DNA from: an uncultured Oscillospiraceae bacterium
GTDB taxonomy: Bacteria > Bacillota > Clostridia > Peptostreptococcales > Anaerovoracaceae
DNA length: 56,710 nt
Direction of reading: 5' to 3'
Assembly: GCA_964441805.1 (NCBI GenBank)
Contig: CAYTVH010000002.1
Location: 1-56,710 of the forward strand
Each line of letters starts with the position of its first letter. Within the stretch, counting starts at the first letter, position 1. The position numbers and the translations under genes were made by a program. Below the pieces are notes generated by a model that made no database searches, had not been told where the DNA came from, and saw only the letters and a program-made list of their open reading frames with translations. Positions 28,593 through 38,645 of the stretch are shown here, piece by piece.

Positions 28593-28767
28593 GATATCTA
28601 CCTTTCATGCTTAGTCAGTTTAATTATCGCATTTTTTTGACAATTTATCAAGGTGAAGTTTTAGCGAAGCGGATGTTTTATGTTGCGGATGTATTATGTT
28701 AATGATGATCTGAGGTTTCTGCAGGTCCGGGCCGACAGTTTCTCTCATATCTTTATACACCGTCGTT

Positions 28768-28880
28768 TTTATGAGAGTTTCTACTAAGTTACGCCCCATA
28801 CAATTCACATATTTTTTTCTTTCCCTCTTAGAATTAAAAAATGTATAAAAAATGGGAGCTTTTTGCAAAAAACTCCCATA
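28768..28880. repeat. Partial copy of the 13684-13880 palindromic element
   Basis: ATGAGAG at 28771, ATGGGAG 81 nt later at 28852, then N14-CTCCCAT; same spacings as the 13.7-kb element. Confidence 0.55.
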
Positions 28881-28913
28881 GATTTACCATCCGGTCTGCT
28901 TGCTACGCACCGG

Positions 28914-30194
28914 CTACTTGTTTTTCTCGATCCTTATCTCCGCTGCCCTTGCATGTCCTGTAAGGCCTTCACCGTGGGCAAGGTTTGAAACCAGCGGTGC
29001 GATACCCAGCATGGCTTCCTTGGTCATCTTCTGATATGTGCATGTCTTCAGGAACGTTCCTACCCAAACACCGCCCGTATATCTGGCTGCTCCCAAAGTC
29101 GGCAGGGTGTGATTGGTTCCCGATGCATAGTCGCCAAATACTTCTGCGGTGTTTCCGCCGATGAACAGGGACCCGTAATTTCTCAGAGCATCGACAACTT
29201 CATCAATTCTATCTTCTTCCACGTTGACTTCCAGATGCTCAGGAGCATAGTTGTTGGAATACTCCACTGCTTCTTCCAGGGAATCCACCAGCAGGATCTC
29301 GCCGAAATCATTCCATGAAGTCCTGGCGATCTCTTCGGTGTCCAAAGCAGGCAGCTGCGCCTGCACCGCTGCTTCTATGGCACGTCCCAGGGCTTCATCG
29401 GTGGTAACCACAAGGCCTTTGGCTTCTCTGTCGTGTTCTGACTGGGCCAGCAGATCGGCTGCGATTATCTCAGGATCAGCCTGTCCATCTGCGATCACCA
29501 GCACTTCGCTCGGTCCGGCCACGAAGTCGATACCCACCTTGCCGTAGCACTGTCTCTTGGCTTCAGTTACGAAGCTGTTGCCCGGACCAACGATAAGATT
29601 GACAGGTTTTATCTGTTCTGTTCCGTATGAGAAAGCAGCGATGGCCTGGGCACCTCCCACTGCATATATTTCATCTATGCCCGCAACATCCATCGCCACC
29701 AAAGTCTTGGGGTGGATGTCCTTGGTTCCCTTGATAACAGGTGAGCAGGCAGTAACACGCTTAACACCGGCGACCTTGGCAGGTATGCCAAGCATCAACG
29801 CAGTTGAATAAAGCGGGTACCCGCCGCCCGGTACGTAGCAGCAGCATGAATCTACCGGGATGACCTTGTGTCCCAAAACGATCCCTTCCGACGGAGAGAA
29901 ATCCTTGAGATCTCCGGCAGTTGCCCTTTGGGCCTGTGCAAAGGCGCGGATGTTTGCCGCCGCCTTCTTTATATCTTCGAGGTCTTCTGCTGACACCTTG
30001 TCATACGCTTCTTTTATTTCTTCAGCTGAAATACGCAAAGCTTCACGTTCACATCTGTCGAAGTTCTTGTTGTATTCCTTGAGGGCTTCATCGCCGTTTT
30101 TTATCACGTTGTCGATGATGCCGCTGACTGTCTGCCTCAGCTGAGTTCTGTCTTCTTCAGTTCTTGTTTTTGCTTTTTTCAGTACTTTTATCAT
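28914..30194 (-). CDS. Histidinol dehydrogenase-family protein (orphan)
   Basis: YVPGG, GGAQAIAA, GPGN, AGPSE, AQSEH, PEHLE, GDYASGTNHTLPT, EGLTGH; ATG 30194 with AGGAGA RBS. Confidence 0.88.
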   Translation of the reverse strand: MIKVLKKAKTRTEEDRTQLRQTVSGIIDNVIKNGDEALKEYNKNFDRCEREALRISAEEIKEAYDKVSAEDLEDIKKAAANIRAFAQAQRATAGDLKDFSPSEGIVLGHKVIPVDSCCCYVPGGGYPLYSTALMLGIPAKVAGVKRVTACSPVIKGTKDIHPKTLVAMDVAGIDEIYAVGGAQAIAAFSYGTEQIKPVNLIVGPGNSFVTEAKRQCYGKVGIDFVAGPSEVLVIADGQADPEIIAADLLAQSEHDREAKGLVVTTDEALGRAIEAAVQAQLPALDTEEIARTSWNDFGEILLVDSLEEAVEYSNNYAPEHLEVNVEEDRIDEVVDALRNYGSLFIGGNTAEVFGDYASGTNHTLPTLGAARYTGGVWVGTFLKTCTYQKMTKEAMLGIAPLVSNLAHGEGLTGHARAAEIRIEKNK

Positions 30195-30266
30195 TACGGT
30201 TCTCCTACTATATGCTCTATTCCCTTCCACTTTATTGCGCTAAATCAATAAACGAACCTGTTGATT

Positions 30267-30295
30267 ATGATATCTCATGCAGGCAGATTCGTCAA
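30267..30295 (-). promoter_or_regulatory. sigmaA promoter of the HisD-family gene
   Basis: TTGACG-17 nt-TATCAT. Confidence 0.6.
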
Positions 30296-30331
30296 GGGCT
30301 TTTCCCATATATCCCCACGCCTTGATATCCC

Positions 30332-31741
30332 TTACTTTCTCTTCAGCGACACGAACACACCAACCGCACAAATCACGGTAAACACTATAAATGATGTGCT
30401 TATGACCTTTACCAGTGTTTCCGGATCGGCCTCTGCCAGCGGCGCACTTCCCATGTACCTGGAAACCACGATGGTAACTATGACCATGCTGAGAGTATGA
30501 CCTATGGAGCGCATGGTCGCCAGTATGGATGAAGCAACGCCGTAATCGGTTTTCTCAACGCACGACATGACTGCATTGGTATTGGGTGATGAGAACAATG
30601 CGAACCCAAGTCCTGTTATCATCAAGGCTGCAATGACCAGCACCAGTCCCGTTTCCTGTCCCAAGAATATGAACAAAACTGACCCTGCCGCACAAAATGC
30701 CATGCCCGCAGATGACATCTTGAAGGGTGAAAACTTATCCGAAAGTCTCCCCGCAACAGGCGACAGTACAGCCATTATTATTGGCTGAAAGATCATTATG
30801 AGTCCCGCTGTCTGGGATGAATAGCCCATAACCACCTGAAGATATATGGAGATCAAATAGCTTATGGCAAAGGTGGCACCGTAGTTGAGAAGGGCAGACA
30901 GATTCGAGAAAGCATAAGGCAGATTTTCCTTGAACATGGATATCTTCACTGCCGGATCTTCTGTATTCAGTTCATGTCTTACGAACAGCACACCGAATAT
31001 GAGACCTGCCGCCGTCAATATTGCAGCCGCCATCAATCCCCCTGATGTGCCGCTTCCCATTTCGGAAAGGCCGTACATGACAAGCACGATGAACACCACG
31101 TAAAGCACATTGCCTGCCAGATCGAAGGATCTTCGTCCGGCTTCCGCCATCTGGCCGGCACGGCCATCCGATACAGCTGACTCTTTTGGAAGCTTAGCCG
31201 CTGCAGTGACCAGGGCAATAAGCCCCAAAACACCTGTCAATATGAATATGGATCTCCAGCCCAGATTGTGGTTGAGAAAGCCGCCTATCACCGGACCTGC
31301 CGAGAGACCTGTGTATGTGGATGCGATGGAGTATCCCAGCACGCGGCCTCGCATGTTACCCGGGAATGCACTGATCAAGATCGCCGTATTGGTGCTGAAT
31401 ATCATGGCTGCACCGATGCCCTGGATTATCCTGACTGCGAGAAGCATGGTCATGGACACGGAAAAAACGGCTGCTATGCAGCAGACCACGAATATTATGA
31501 GGCCTGCTACAAGAACCGTCTTTCTGCATGTTATATCTGCCAGTCTTCCGATGGGCACTGAGAATGCCGCGACCGCAAGCGTATATCCGGTCACCAGCCA
31601 CCCCACGAAATTGGCACTCACCGCGAACTGCTCTCCGATATCCGGCACCGACAGATTAAGGGCGCTGCCGGTAAAGGTTGTTATGAAGGCAGTGACTATT
31701 GCTATTAATATTACTGTTTTCTGATGCGTAGTATTTTCCAT
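30332..31741 (-). CDS. MFS transporter (DHA2/EmrB-like, ~14 TM)
   Basis: GRLAD, RIIQGIG, GPVIGG, GWRSIF, FSSPNT. Confidence 0.92.
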   Translation of the reverse strand: MENTTHQKTVILIAIVTAFITTFTGSALNLSVPDIGEQFAVSANFVGWLVTGYTLAVAAFSVPIGRLADITCRKTVLVAGLIIFVVCCIAAVFSVSMTMLLAVRIIQGIGAAMIFSTNTAILISAFPGNMRGRVLGYSIASTYTGLSAGPVIGGFLNHNLGWRSIFILTGVLGLIALVTAAAKLPKESAVSDGRAGQMAEAGRRSFDLAGNVLYVVFIVLVMYGLSEMGSGTSGGLMAAAILTAAGLIFGVLFVRHELNTEDPAVKISMFKENLPYAFSNLSALLNYGATFAISYLISIYLQVVMGYSSQTAGLIMIFQPIIMAVLSPVAGRLSDKFSPFKMSSAGMAFCAAGSVLFIFLGQETGLVLVIAALMITGLGFALFSSPNTNAVMSCVEKTDYGVASSILATMRSIGHTLSMVIVTIVVSRYMGSAPLAEADPETLVKVISTSFIVFTVICAVGVFVSLKRK

Positions 31742-31748
31742 ATTTGTA

Positions 31749-33293
31749 TTATATCACAATACAGATAAAATACTCCTTACCTTCATCACTTATTTTCTGA
31801 AGGGATCTTTGCATCTTGCCCCTGATATTATCAGGTACTGATGCGATCTTGTTTTCCATCTGCTCTGCCACCATCTCGTGAAGGGTTTTTCCAAATATGT
31901 TGGTATCCCATATACCGTTAGGGGATTGGGCCAGTTCTTCCTTGAGGCTGTTTACCAGATCTTCTGACTGTTTTTCGCTGCCGACTACCGGGGACACCTC
32001 CGTAGTTATGTCTGTCTTGATTATATGTAATGTAGGTGCTTTGGCTCTTATTTTTACCCCGTATTTGCTGCCTTGCTTGAAGACTTCCGGTTCATCCAGC
32101 ACCATCTCGCTGAGCTTAGGTTCCACTATTCCGTATCCCCTATCTTCCACCTGTTCGATGGCGCTTCGCAATTTATCGTAAGCTTTCTTGGCATCGGAAA
32201 ATTCTCTCAGGAGACTGAAGAACTGATAATCATTCTCCACGTCTTCTCCCATCAGCTCAGTGATTATCTTATAGTAGAGGCTTTCCTCCATATCCAGCCT
32301 GAGCTCCACTTCGCCTGTTCCCATATCCATATTCCTGATGACGGCATCTTTTAACAGTTCGCCGTCAACCAGCGCATGCACTGCTGCCTTTATATCATCG
32401 ATGGTATCGAAGCTATGGGCCCAGTACCTGATCATCTCAATGAGCTCCGACTTCATCCAGTGATCCTTATCTAGACCTTCCACATATCCCGGCACCCGGA
32501 AAACAACTTCTCTAACGGGGAACCTTCCCAAAAGCCGGGTCATCATCTCATTGAGTTCACCTTCCGAAGCCCTGGCGCAGTCCATGGCGATGACAGGAAT
32601 TCCGTATTTTTCAGCAAGCTCGCCCGCTGCGTTTTGAGCCGTATTGCTGTTTGGCTTGGTGGAGTTCATCACCACGACGAAAGGTTTGCGAAGCTCAATA
32701 AGCTGTCTTATGACTCTCTCTTCTGCCTCCCGGTAATCGGCCCTTTCCATGGTTCCTATGGTGCCGTCTGTAGTTATGACTATCCCTACCGTGGAATGGT
32801 CACATATGACTTTTTCGGTACCTATCTCTGCCGCCTGTGCAAAGGGCATTTTATCTTCATCCCAAGGGGTCGCTACCATTCGCGGCCGGCCGTCTTCAGT
32901 ATCTCCAATGGCACCCGGTATCATGTAGCCGACACAGTCCACCAGACGAACATTAAGTGACATGCTTGGTTCCATCTGAGATGCCGATGCCAATGCAGTG
33001 CCGCCTCCCGATTTAGGTACCTGTTGCAATTCTCCTCCCAAGCGCAGTTCCACTGCCTCCGCCGGGATGAATTTTGGTTCTGTGGTCGTTATGGTCCTGC
33101 CGCTGCCGCTTTGGGGCATTTCGTCCAGGATCCGCTGTTTTTCGTAGGTGTCATTCACATTGGGGATCACCATCAGGTCCATGAATCTCTTGATGAAGGT
33201 GGACTTGCCTGCTCTGACAGGACCCACAACGCCTATGTAGATATCACCACCCGTACGTCTTCCTATATTTTCATATATGCTCATGTTTTCCAA
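31749..33293 (-). CDS. spoIVA: Stage IV sporulation protein A
   Basis: IYIGVVGPVRAGKSTFIKRFM, TTEPKFIP, DCVGY, AAEIGT, DHSTVG, SPVVGSEKQSE; TTG start with GGAGGT RBS. Confidence 0.96.
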   Translation of the reverse strand: MENMSIYENIGRRTGGDIYIGVVGPVRAGKSTFIKRFMDLMVIPNVNDTYEKQRILDEMPQSGSGRTITTTEPKFIPAEAVELRLGGELQQVPKSGGGTALASASQMEPSMSLNVRLVDCVGYMIPGAIGDTEDGRPRMVATPWDEDKMPFAQAAEIGTEKVICDHSTVGIVITTDGTIGTMERADYREAEERVIRQLIELRKPFVVVMNSTKPNSNTAQNAAGELAEKYGIPVIAMDCARASEGELNEMMTRLLGRFPVREVVFRVPGYVEGLDKDHWMKSELIEMIRYWAHSFDTIDDIKAAVHALVDGELLKDAVIRNMDMGTGEVELRLDMEESLYYKIITELMGEDVENDYQFFSLLREFSDAKKAYDKLRSAIEQVEDRGYGIVEPKLSEMVLDEPEVFKQGSKYGVKIRAKAPTLHIIKTDITTEVSPVVGSEKQSEDLVNSLKEELAQSPNGIWDTNIFGKTLHEMVAEQMENKIASVPDNIRGKMQRSLQKISDEGKEYFICIVI

Positions 33294-33331
33294 AATTAAA
33301 ACCTCCCCATGTCCGTACTGTAAATCACTAC

Positions 33332-33360
33332 AGTATATTGAGGAGGTCTTGTATTTATTC
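33332..33360 (-). promoter_or_regulatory. Putative sigmaE promoter of spoIVA
   Basis: GAATA-16 nt-AATATACT; spoIVA is a known sigmaE target. Confidence 0.45.
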
Positions 33361-33380
33361 TTATTTCACCAATGTATGGA

Positions 33381-34751
33381 TCATTTTTCTGCCAGTTTTC
33401 CTGTGAGGCTGAAAGTCTTGCCTTCAGTGATCTCCACGTCTACCATCTGACCTATCAGTTCCTTTGGCCCTTCAAAGTCCACCAGCTTGAAACCTTCTGT
33501 ACGTCCTGTCAATGTCTCATCGTTCTTCTTGCTGAGACCTTCCACCAGAACTTTTTCGACGCGGCCGACGTAAGCTGCATTTTTAGCTGCACTGCCTTCG
33601 TTGATCATATCCACCAGTCTGTTGAAACGTTCATGCTTGGTGTCTTCAGGGATCTGATCCTCATATTCGGCAGCCGGCGTTCCTTTTCTTACCGAGTACA
33701 GGAAGGTGAATGCCGAATCGTATCCCACCGCTTCCACCAGGGATAAAGTTTCTTGGAAATCTTCTTCCGTTTCTCCCGGAAAACCTACTATTATATCGGT
33801 ACTCATGGTGATGTCAGGAACGGCTTCCCTCAGCTTTCTCACCAGCTGCAGATATTTTTCACGGTCGTACTTCCTGTTCATCCTCTTGAGGACACGGCTG
33901 CTGCCTGCCTGCACGGGAAGGTGGATGTAGTTGCACAGCTTGTCACAATCCACATAAGCCCGGATCAGTTTGTCTGACAGATCCTTAGGATGGGATGTCA
34001 TGAATCTGATCCTCTCAAGGCCTTCAACTTCATTGAGAGCATAGATGAGGTCTGAGAAATCCCATTCTCTGCCTTCAGCAAATCTCTCATCATCTGTACC
34101 GCCGCCGGAAACACCCCTGTAAGAGTTGACGTTCTGTCCGAGGAGGGTCACTTCCTTCACGTCATCGGCCACCAGACGTTTGATCTCATCGATGATATCC
34201 TCAGGTCTTCTGCTTTTTTCTCTTCCTCTGGTGTACGGAACGATACAGTAAGTACAGAAATTGTTGCACCCGTACATGATGTTGACGAATGCCTTATGTC
34301 TGAAAAGTCTCTTTGCCGGCAGCCCTTCTACGATTTCTTCACGATCTTCGAGGATCTCAAGGGCCTTCTGCTTTTCCTGATAAACGTTTTCCAAAAGTTC
34401 AGGGAATCTGTGTATATTGTGGGTCCCAAAGATGATATCCACCCATGGATACTTGGCTTTGATGGTATCGATGATATGCTGCTGCTGCATCATACATCCG
34501 CATACACATGCAATGTAGTCGGGATTCTTTTCCTTGATCTTCTTCAGCTGCCCAAGGGTGCCGAAGAATCTCTTGTCAGCGTTTTCTCTGATGCTGCATG
34601 TGTTGATGATGGTGATGTCGGATTCCTTTCTGTCGAGGACTTCTGTGCAGCCCTTTTCCTGCAGCATCCCTGCGATGGTCTCCGAATCGTGCTCATTCAT
34701 CTGGCAGCCAAATGTTATGATATTGTATTTCTTGCCTTTAAGCCTGCTCAT
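33381..34751 (-). CDS. miaB: tRNA methylthiotransferase MiaB
   Basis: Start moved to ATG 34751; TFGCQMN, NTCSIRE, GCNNFCTYC, SHPKD, IIVGFPGET, C-terminal TRAM domain. Confidence 0.97.
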   Translation of the reverse strand: MSRLKGKKYNIITFGCQMNEHDSETIAGMLQEKGCTEVLDRKESDITIINTCSIRENADKRFFGTLGQLKKIKEKNPDYIACVCGCMMQQQHIIDTIKAKYPWVDIIFGTHNIHRFPELLENVYQEKQKALEILEDREEIVEGLPAKRLFRHKAFVNIMYGCNNFCTYCIVPYTRGREKSRRPEDIIDEIKRLVADDVKEVTLLGQNVNSYRGVSGGGTDDERFAEGREWDFSDLIYALNEVEGLERIRFMTSHPKDLSDKLIRAYVDCDKLCNYIHLPVQAGSSRVLKRMNRKYDREKYLQLVRKLREAVPDITMSTDIIVGFPGETEEDFQETLSLVEAVGYDSAFTFLYSVRKGTPAAEYEDQIPEDTKHERFNRLVDMINEGSAAKNAAYVGRVEKVLVEGLSKKNDETLTGRTEGFKLVDFEGPKELIGQMVDVEITEGKTFSLTGKLAEK

Positions 34752-35733
34752 GCTTTCTCTCTCTTCCCATAAGCATTTCAACAGCTTCAGCGGCAGTGAT
34801 TTCTCCCTGAATGGATCTGTAGATAGCTTCTGTGATTGGCATTTCAACGTTTTCTCGCTTAGCAAGTTCATAAGCTGCTTCTGTGGTGAACATGCCTTCA
34901 ACTACCATTCCTACTTTTTCGGTAGCTTCGGCAGGGCTCATTCCTTCGCCGATCATGATACCGCATCTTCTGTTTCTTGAGTGCATGCTGGTACATGTAA
35001 CGATAAGGTCACCTGTTCCTGTGAGTCCTGCAAAAGTCTCAGCCTTAGCACCCAGCTTCAGACCAAGTCTTGTGATCTCAGCAAGACCCCTTGTCATGAG
35101 GGCAGCCTTAGCATTGTCTCCAAAGCCCATACCGTCGGAAACACCTGCGCCGAGGGCGATGATGTTCTTCAATGCTCCGCCCAGTTCAACGCCCACAACG
35201 TCTTCTGTTGTATATACTCTGAAACGGTCTGTCATGAACAGTTCCTGTATTGCTTCTGCTGCAGCAATACTCTTTGATGCCGATGCAACAGTGGTCGGAA
35301 GTCTTCTTCCCACTTCTTCAGCATGGGATGGTCCTGACAGAACCACGTATCTGTCCATATCCAGCTCTTCGGCAGCGATCTCTGACATCCTTGCAAGGGT
35401 TTTCTGTTCGATACCCTTGGCAACATTGATGATCAGTGCATCGTCCTTGATGTGAGCCTTTGCAGAAGAAAGGGCACTTCTGAAATGCTGAGCAGGTGCA
35501 GAAAAGAGCACAACGTCAGCATCTTTGAGAGCTTCTTCTGTGGTGTATGCTATCTGAATGTTATCGTTGAGAGCCACGCCCGGAAGGTAATTGACATTTT
35601 CTCTGTTCTCATCCATTGATTTGAGATGAGCTTCGTTGATGTCCCAGATCTTCACTTGATGGCCTTTGCCTGCAACTACTGTTGCCAGTGCTGTTCCCCA
35701 GCTTCCTGCTCCGATCACGCCGATCTTTTTCAT
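34738..35733 (-). CDS. gpsA: NAD(P)H-dependent glycerol-3-phosphate dehydrogenase
   Basis: GAGSWGTALA, SGPSHA, GGALKNIIA, GDLIVTCTS, SRN. Confidence 0.98.
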   Translation of the reverse strand: MKKIGVIGAGSWGTALATVVAGKGHQVKIWDINEAHLKSMDENRENVNYLPGVALNDNIQIAYTTEEALKDADVVLFSAPAQHFRSALSSAKAHIKDDALIINVAKGIEQKTLARMSEIAAEELDMDRYVVLSGPSHAEEVGRRLPTTVASASKSIAAAEAIQELFMTDRFRVYTTEDVVGVELGGALKNIIALGAGVSDGMGFGDNAKAALMTRGLAEITRLGLKLGAKAETFAGLTGTGDLIVTCTSMHSRNRRCGIMIGEGMSPAEATEKVGMVVEGMFTTEAAYELAKRENVEMPITEAIYRSIQGEITAAEAVEMLMGRERKHEQA

Positions 35734-35743
35734 ATGTACCCTC

Positions 35744-36394
35744 CTATTTTTCTTTCTTTTGAAATATGCTCATTATCGGTTCTTCACCCTTGATAAGTCT
35801 TACTATATTAGCCTTGTGCTTGATTATGATACAAATGGCCAGTGCACTTCCCGGAATTATAAATGCCGGTTCTGTGAAGTATGCCACTATAGGGAAACAT
35901 GCAGCTCCCAGGATGGATCCCACTGACATGCGCTTTGAAATCAACACTGCTATTACTACGATAAGCAGGCAAATGAGTGCCATCGGCACATCTATGCCCA
36001 GCAGCGCTCCAAAAGCTGTGGCTACGCCTTTGCCGCCTTTGAACTTATAAAAAACCGGCCATACGTGACCGCAGAACACTGCAACTGCCGCGCACATACC
36101 TGCTGCAGGACCTCCGATGAGGCCGCCGAGAAGAACTGCCACAACACCTTTGAGAATATCCACCACCAGCGTTATAACACCGGCCTTCTTGCCCATTACT
36201 CTGAGGGCATTGGTGGTTCCCGCATTGCCGCTTCCTTCTTTCTTGATGTCTATGCCTTTTGCTTTTGCCAGCATGATGGATGGTGAAATACTTCCTATGA
36301 AGTATGCGATGACTACAGCCAGTACAAGCAGACCAAAACCACCACTATAAAAAACTTCCCAAGGACCGTCCGATCCTCCTATGATTCCTATCAT
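35744..36394 (-). CDS. plsY: Glycerol-3-phosphate acyltransferase PlsY
   Basis: GSGNAGTTN, GHVWP, FKGGKGVAT, HKANI; der-plsY-gpsA synteny. Confidence 0.96.
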   Translation of the reverse strand: MIGIIGGSDGPWEVFYSGGFGLLVLAVVIAYFIGSISPSIMLAKAKGIDIKKEGSGNAGTTNALRVMGKKAGVITLVVDILKGVVAVLLGGLIGGPAAGMCAAVAVFCGHVWPVFYKFKGGKGVATAFGALLGIDVPMALICLLIVVIAVLISKRMSVGSILGAACFPIVAYFTEPAFIIPGSALAICIIIKHKANIVRLIKGEEPIMSIFQKKEK

Positions 36395-37719
36395 TATTCG
36401 TCCTCCTTCTCTCCCTTTTCTCTGAACACGAACTTCAGTGAAGTTCCTTCGAATCCGAAGGCTTCTCTGATCTTGTTTTCCAGATATCTGGAATATGAGA
36501 AGTGCATCAGAGGTCTTGAATTTATCTTGAATGAGAACAAAGGTGGTTTTACTCCAACCTGTGTCACATAGTATATCCTCAGTCTCTTGCCCTTGTCCGA
36601 TGGAGGCTGCTTCATCATGGTCGCATCGGCGATCAGATTGTTGAGCTGTCCTGTAGGAACTCTCATGGCTCTGTTTTCGGCAACATACTTGGCCATATCT
36701 ATAACGTGGCTCACACGCTGACCTGTCAGAGCTGAGATAAATACGCTGGGAGCATATGACATGAATGTCAGCTCTTTGGCGATCTCCTTCTTGAACTGGT
36801 TCATGGTGTTGGTTTCCTTATCGATCAGATCCCACTTGTTCACAACCACTACGATACCTTTACCTGCTTCGTGAGCGATGCCTGCGATCTTCTTGTCCTG
36901 TTCCGTGATACCTTCCTGAGCATCGATCATCAGCAGACAAACGTCACATCTTTCGATGGCTGCAACTGCTCTGATAACACTGAATTTCTCGATGTCTTCA
37001 TTGACCTTGCTCTTACGTCTGATGCCTGCAGTATCGATCAGCAGATACTTCTCGCCTTCATGCTCGAACGGCGTATCTATGGAGTCTCTCGTAGTTCCCG
37101 CGATCGGTGAAACGATGACTCTGTTTTCACCCAGCAGCTTGTTGATGAGGGATGACTTGCCCACGTTAGGCTTACCGATCATGGCGATCTTGATGGTATC
37201 TTCCTCTTCTTCTCCTGCGCCTTCAGGGAATTCTTCGATGATACGGTCAAGCAAGTCGCCCAGGTTCAGCATATTTGCCGCTGAAATAGGGATCGGCTCA
37301 CCAAGGCCCAGTTCATAGAAATCATAGAAGTCATCCGGCAGATCGGGCTTGTCGATCTTGTTTACAGCCAAAACCACCTTCTTACCTGTCTTCATCAGCA
37401 TGGATGCAACTTCTCTGTCGGAAGCTGTAACACCTTCTTTACCGTCGCACATGAAAAGGATCACATCCGATGTATCCATGGCTATCTCTGCCTGGGTCCT
37501 CATCTGTGAAAGTATGATGTCCTTGGTATCAGGTTCGATACCGCCGGTATCTATCAATGCGAAGTGAGTTCCTGACCATTCTGCTTCTGCGTAGATCCTG
37601 TCCCTTGTCACTCCCGGCGTATCTTCCACGATGGAGACTCTTCTGCCTACTATCTTATTGAAAAATGTGGATTTTCCCACGTTTGGCCTTCCTACTACGG
37701 CCACTAAAGGTTTACTCAT
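36394..37719 (-). CDS. der: Ribosome biogenesis GTPase Der/EngA
   Basis: Two G domains ([18 protein letters not shown]), DTGG, DTAG; ATG 37719. Confidence 0.98.
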   Translation of the reverse strand: MSKPLVAVVGRPNVGKSTFFNKIVGRRVSIVEDTPGVTRDRIYAEAEWSGTHFALIDTGGIEPDTKDIILSQMRTQAEIAMDTSDVILFMCDGKEGVTASDREVASMLMKTGKKVVLAVNKIDKPDLPDDFYDFYELGLGEPIPISAANMLNLGDLLDRIIEEFPEGAGEEEEDTIKIAMIGKPNVGKSSLINKLLGENRVIVSPIAGTTRDSIDTPFEHEGEKYLLIDTAGIRRKSKVNEDIEKFSVIRAVAAIERCDVCLLMIDAQEGITEQDKKIAGIAHEAGKGIVVVVNKWDLIDKETNTMNQFKKEIAKELTFMSYAPSVFISALTGQRVSHVIDMAKYVAENRAMRVPTGQLNNLIADATMMKQPPSDKGKRLRIYYVTQVGVKPPLFSFKINSRPLMHFSYSRYLENKIREAFGFEGTSLKFVFREKGEKEDE

Positions 37720-38608
37720 TGAAAATTCCTTCCGCAAATTCCTTAGGATCGAATTCCTTCAAGTCGTCGATCCCTTCACCTACTCCGATAAACTTGACAG
37801 GCATATCGAATTCATCTGCTATAGTCACTACGATACCGCCCTTGGCTGTTCCGTCCAGCTTGGTCAGAACTATGCCTGTGATGTCAGCCACATCACCGAA
37901 TTCCTTTACCTGTGAAACTGCATTCTTGCCTGTGGTGGCATCCAGCACCAGCAGGTTTTCTCTGGCTGCTTCAGGGAATTCTCTGCCTATGACTTTGTTC
38001 ATCTTATTGAGCTCATCCATGAGATTCTTCTTGTTCTGAAGCCTTCCTGCAGTATCGCAGATGAGCACATCTATTTTCTTGGCTTTGGCAGACTGGATGG
38101 CGTCGTATATAACTGCTGACGGATCAGCACCTTCCTTGTGCTTTACCACATTGATGCCCACTCTATCTGCCCATATGCTGAGCTGTTCTGCTGCAGCTGC
38201 TCTGAAAGTATCTGCTGCTGCCAGCATGACTGTCTTGCCTTCGCTCTTCAGCTTATGGGCGATCTTGCCTATGGATGTGGTCTTGCCGCCGCCGTTGATA
38301 CCTATCATAAGGATCACCAGCGGAGTCTCATCACAAAGGCCATGGGCTTCCTGCTTGTCCATAAGACTTGCTATGATCTTACCTAATCTGATTTTTATTA
38401 CTTCAGGCTTAGTAAGGTTGTTTGACTGGATCTCATCTCTCAGAGTTTCGACTATTTTCATGGTGGTTTCCATGCCGATATCCGATGTGATCAGTATCTC
38501 CTCCAGCTCATCGAGGAAGTCCTCATCCACAGTAGGTCTTGCCATAAGGGCATCGCCTATACGCTGCGAAAGCTTTCCAAAAAAGGATTTCTTTTCTTCT
38601 CTCAGCAT
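37712..38608 (-). CDS. ftsY: SRP receptor FtsY
   Basis: [32 protein letters not shown]. Confidence 0.98.
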   Translation of the reverse strand: MLREEKKSFFGKLSQRIGDALMARPTVDEDFLDELEEILITSDIGMETTMKIVETLRDEIQSNNLTKPEVIKIRLGKIIASLMDKQEAHGLCDETPLVILMIGINGGGKTTSIGKIAHKLKSEGKTVMLAAADTFRAAAAEQLSIWADRVGINVVKHKEGADPSAVIYDAIQSAKAKKIDVLICDTAGRLQNKKNLMDELNKMNKVIGREFPEAARENLLVLDATTGKNAVSQVKEFGDVADITGIVLTKLDGTAKGGIVVTIADEFDMPVKFIGVGEGIDDLKEFDPKEFAEGIFNE

Positions 38609-38645
38609 TTATCTTCTCCTAAGTTAACTCCTATTGATTACTCTC

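Noticed and set aside
28741..28800. Purine riboswitch suggested by GTTTCTAC
   Set aside because: Wrong strand for the downstream gene, and the other conserved aptamer elements are absent
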